In this document: positions 57,813 to 64,000 of the stretch, one piece after another
How the letters are laid out: each line of letters opens with the position of its first letter
Numbering within the stretch: the stretch's first letter is position 1
NCBI RefSeq assembly: GCF_009914755.1
Contig: NC_060946.1
DNA: 64,000 bases
DNA from: the human T2T-CHM13v2.0 reference genome, Homo sapiens
Reading direction: 5' to 3' (one strand)
Program-made: the position numbers and the translations under genes
The notes under the pieces: model-generated
The model's database searches: none
What the model saw: the letters and a program-made list of their open reading frames with translations, nothing else
What the model was told of the DNA's origin: nothing

Positions 57813-59266
57813 TCAGGATGGCAGAACAGTTCCAGCATTCTGGGCAGAGGAGACTGAGAAAGGCAATGGTATCGACTAAAGAGCACATGCCAAGGCAAGG
57901 AGATGGGAGAGGCCACCACCTCCATCTGCATGGGACTGTACCCTAGTCACAACTGAAAGCCTAAACACACTCACTAGGGACTATCTTCATAGCTTCCACC
58001 CTCAATATGGAAGAAGAGGTCCAGAGAATCACAGAAACCATCAAAACATGCAGAGAAGGGATAAGAACAAACGGACAGCCTGGGGAGGGCATATCCTCAG
58101 ACCACGGCAGAAGACTGGCCGTGATGTGTCAACGGAAGAGGGAGCAGGTTGGTGCAGACAAAGTGGATGGCCCATGATCTTTCACCTGATTATTTGACCA
58201 GGGAATCATGAAACCTATAAAGGAGTTAAAAAACCAATGGATCCTAAGACCTCATCTCTACCCACCTCCTGACATAGGTGTCACGCTGACTATAGGTGGA
58301 AAGAAAGATAAACCCACATGGTGCTTCCCTAACAGAGCGGAACTCACCCACTGCACACAGCTATAAAAAGCTTCAGATTCCCAAGGAACAGATGTCTATA
58401 AAACAGCTGGCTTGGTTCTCCCCTTCCATATTCCCAAATGCATCCTTCCCTCTTGGGTAACCCTTATACCGCCATGAAGGTGGTCTGGTTGGACTGACTC
58501 CTTTCCCCACCAGCCTTAGCATTTCCAGAAGGCAGATACCCACCCCATCAGATCCACCTTGCATTCTTTAAAACTTAGCATATTGCCTGTCAGCTGCAGG
58601 TGCCTGATAACTGTCTGTTAAATGAATACATGGAATCAGATTCTATCCAAAGGCCACCCTCTCAAGCTTCAGGAGTTTATGTTCAGTGAGTTGCCAATAA
58701 TAAACACCTAATGGAGCCGATCACAACTGTCAATGCTGAGCCTGCTTCTGCAACCAATCTGACACGATTTTCTAAATGGAATTCTTTTGGAACAGATGAA
58801 AGACCACGGGGCTAGAGGGTGTAGACTAGAAAGTAAAACTGAAAAAAGCAAAATCCTTTTGAACAGAGAATGTTGACTTGAAAAAAAGTCCCCTCTAGGG
58901 AATGTTCAGTCTAAAGCATGGAAAACAAACCCTACGTACACATTCCACCAGTCACAGAGAATAAGAACCACCAAGTCCCGTAAATCTCTTAGGAGCAGGA
59001 AGTGCAGAAAAAGAGGGCTGTGCAGTTAGAGAGATGTGGGTTCAAGCCCAGATGCTGCACTTGACTGGCTGTGACCTTGACCAAGTCCCCTGTCTCTGGA
59101 TAAGCTTCCTTATTCATCTATAAATTAAGATGATACCCTTTATCTTGGAGGGTTGCTTTGAGGCTCAAATGAGAGAGCCTTTAATGAAGTGCTTACCAAA
59201 GATATTTTAAGTACATTTCAGGGGCAATCCTTCCTTCCTGGAGGGCAGAAAAGCAGCCTTAATTAG

Positions 59267-59568
<302 letters not shown>

Positions 59569-59718
59569 CCTTAATGAGGTTTTCATCTCTCTCTACTCCC
59601 ACATTTCCCCCACAGGATTGGGTAGAAAACAGATTCCAACAAACAAGTATTGCCCAATATGCCAGATAGGTGATTTAAACCTGAAGGATCCACCTACTCA
59701 ATTCTCCTTCCAGAGTTA

Positions 59719-60394
<676 letters not shown>

Positions 60395-60843
60395 TATCAC
60401 AACATTAAAATCACAATTTTTGTTTTCACAGTTTACTTACAGCAATAAGTCAAGGCAACTAGTAGTAAGTAGCACTTATATGTCAAGCACTTTTCTATAT
60501 TTTTTTGCATATAGCTGCTTATGTAATTCTCAAAATAACCTATGAGATAAACACTATTTCCAGTCCCCACTGTACGGATGAGAAAATTAAGGCCTAGAGA
60601 GATTAATTAACTGGCCAAGGATTATACACTACTAGTAAGAGGCAAAAACACCTCAGGCTCTGCTCTCCCTCAGCAATTGATCCTAAGAACTCTTGCCAGA
60701 GGGTGTTTTTCCTTTTACTTTAACCTAAATCCTTCATATTGAATATTATGATTATTTCTTTCCCAGGGTGAAATATATCATAACTGTTAACTCTCATTCC
60801 AGAAAAAAGTACAATAGAAAGGCATTAAAAAGCTATAGACAAG

Positions 60844-61213
<370 letters not shown>

Positions 61214-61847
61214 TTAATAATATTCAAATAACACTGGGAAAAAAACTCTTTAATAAGATACTTACTTTCCTCTTTTCCTCTCTCCATCTGCAGAAGTTAA
61301 TATCAACACATACAATTTGTAGAAAGTTTTAAAACAGAATCTATGGTGGTTCCCCTTTTATGATAACACAGGCATCTGAAATTAAACCCAGCAGGTAAAA
61401 AATATTCCTTCATGAATTTCACTTTTAAATGACACCTCTGTGTACTAAAAACACATTTTCAAGAAAAATCTCAATCTATATCAGAAGTTACTCCAGGAAG
61501 TCAACACAGAAATCAACACAAGAAGAACGGAAGGAAGAAACAGGAGGTGGGCTGGAAATTACATCACGAACATGTGCAAATGTTGGCGAATTAACTGGGA
61601 AAACCAGCCTCTAATCTGCTGTCTCCCTACTGCTCCCTGGTGTGAGGGAGGCCTCCCCACCTGTTAACCCAGGTGTCTAAGAGTCATCCCTAAACACCTC
61701 TCCCTCAACTCCAAGATCCAACTCTTCGGCCAAGCTGGTCAACTCCTCCTCCTAAACATGTACTCCATCTGTCGTCTCCCATCTGTCTTAACCAATGAAA
61801 TTTACATTTATGAAGAACATTGTATGAACCCAAAAAAATCACCATGA

Positions 61848-62153
<306 letters not shown>

Positions 62154-62412
62154 TAAGCTACAAACACAGGATTCAAAGCTAAATGTATTATATAATGTGA
62201 TCACAAGTATCCTTCAGTCCAAAGCAATAAATTTTATATACGTGTACAAATAACCTATATACCTATATAAGAAAAAAAGGCTTAAATGTTGTAAATTATC
62301 TTTTGGTATAGAATATGACTAATTTAAACATATACATATATATATATATACTTCCTGAAATTTCATACAAGGAGCCTGCATTGCTTTTACAATTTAAAAG
62401 TTATTTAAAAAT

Positions 62413-62714
<302 letters not shown>

Positions 62715-62790
62715 TTATTTAAAAGTTTTGATCTCTATGTCTTAATTATATTGCTTGCAATTCAAAATACCTCAGCACAGACAGTATAAA

Positions 62791-62876
62791 ATATATATGC
62801 ATATATATGCATGTATATATATGTATATATATAAGCTTTAATATATATACATATATATTATATATATAAGCTTTAA
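62791..62876. repeat. (TA)n-rich low-complexity tract with palindromes
   Basis: Perfect palindrome atatatatgcatatatat at 62791-62808, and tatatataagctttaat occurs twice. Confidence 0.9.
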
Positions 62877-63409
62877 TTTACAAGCTCAGTGCAGTGAGTT
62901 AACATCTCTCGTGTCCTAATTGGGAATACACCCTCCAGGGGTGGCTAGTTACCATTTGAGAGACTCCAGTCAGAAGCCTACATTCCAAGCGTGTGCGCCA
63001 GCTATCTCTCATCAGCACCAGAGGCTGTCTTTTAATTAGCATCATGGATGTTAGAAATAATTTTTCATGGGTGTTCAGGATGTGTGGATTGTCTAGAAAC
63101 ACTGCACATGAAGAAGGAATAAAAATCTAAGAAAAAAATATATACACACACATACACACAAACACACACATATATGGGGAAACAAAATGGCTCAAACCCT
63201 TCAGAATTGCTTAGGATCCCAAACTGATCCTAGGTGCATATAACAGTGGGAGGATTTGGACCACTGATTCTAACTAGAAGATTGCCTGAATCCTGCCACT
63301 CACACATTGTCACTCGTCTTCAGTGAACCTTTCTTACAAGGTGCTGTCCCAGCACCTGAAGAGAAAGAGCTGGACATCACCGAGGTTTTGTTATAAAACA
63401 GGTCCTATA

Positions 63410-63698
63410 GGCCGGGCGTGGTGGCTGACGCCTGTAATCCCAACACTTTGGGAGGCCGAGGCAGGCGAATCATGAGGTCAGGAGATTGAGACCATCCTGG
63501 CTAACACAGTGAAACCCCATACCAACCAAAAATACAAAAACTTAGCCAGGCGTGGTGGCAGGTGTCTGTAATCCCAGCTACTCAGGAGGCTGAGGCAAGA
63601 GAATGGCGTGAACCCAGGAGGCGGAGCTTGCAGTGAGCAGAGATTGTGCCGCCTGGGCGACAGAGCGAGACTCCGTCCCACTCCAAAGAAAAAAAAAC
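63410..63698 (+). mobile_element. AluY-like
   Basis: Y diagnostics gaatggcgtgaaccc and ggagcttgcagtgag. Confidence 0.92.
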
Positions 63699-63808
63699 CA
63701 AGTCCTATGGCAGATGGACCATTGAAAGATGTTAGCTTTATTATCATTATTTATATTACTGTCATTATTATTTTCCTACTGCACACCTTTACCCAAGCCA
63801 CAATCCAA

Positions 63809-63816
63809 CGCGCGCG

Positions 63817-63848
<32 letters not shown>
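63809..63848. repeat. (CG)4-CT-(CA)15 microsatellite
   Basis: Read directly. Confidence 0.95.
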
Positions 63849-63850
<2 letters not shown>

Positions 63851-64000
63851 CTCCCGCCCTGCCTACTGTATCCTAGATGTCTTTCCTCCTCTCTGGGACC
63901 TCAATAGAATCAAGTCTTCACTGCTTCTATAGGACTTCTCTGTCAAGTCTAGTCCCGGAGGCTCTCCCTTTTTGCTTCTCAACACCAACAGGAGTCAGCA

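Overview
This is primate genomic DNA, almost certainly human chr22q12.3. The whole window lies inside LARGE1, which is transcribed on the - strand. There is one protein-coding exon, the 188-nt start-codon exon at 57004-56817: 82 nt of 5'UTR plus 106 nt encoding [35 protein letters not shown]-. Everything else is intron. The introns contain a diverged H/ACA snoRNA of the SNORA50 family (365-229, -). They also carry splice signals on the + strand that fit the antisense lncRNA LARGE1-AS1 (about 20.4-46.3 kb, extent from memory). Repeats are dense: 28 Alus, MIR, L2, L3 and L1 fragments, MaLR and ERV LTRs, DNA transposons and microsatellites. The other ORFs in the track look spurious. I see no foreign or wholly new multi-gene system. 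The best leads are a candidate 9-nt stop-containing microexon (16938-16930), a uORF ending 20 nt before the LARGE1 AUG, a snoRNA with intact boxes but altered guides, a 162-nt pyrimidine tract abutting an Alu acceptor, and a perfect 45-bp templated duplication. Repeat subfamily names come from remembered consensus sequences. Boundaries of old repeats are approximate.
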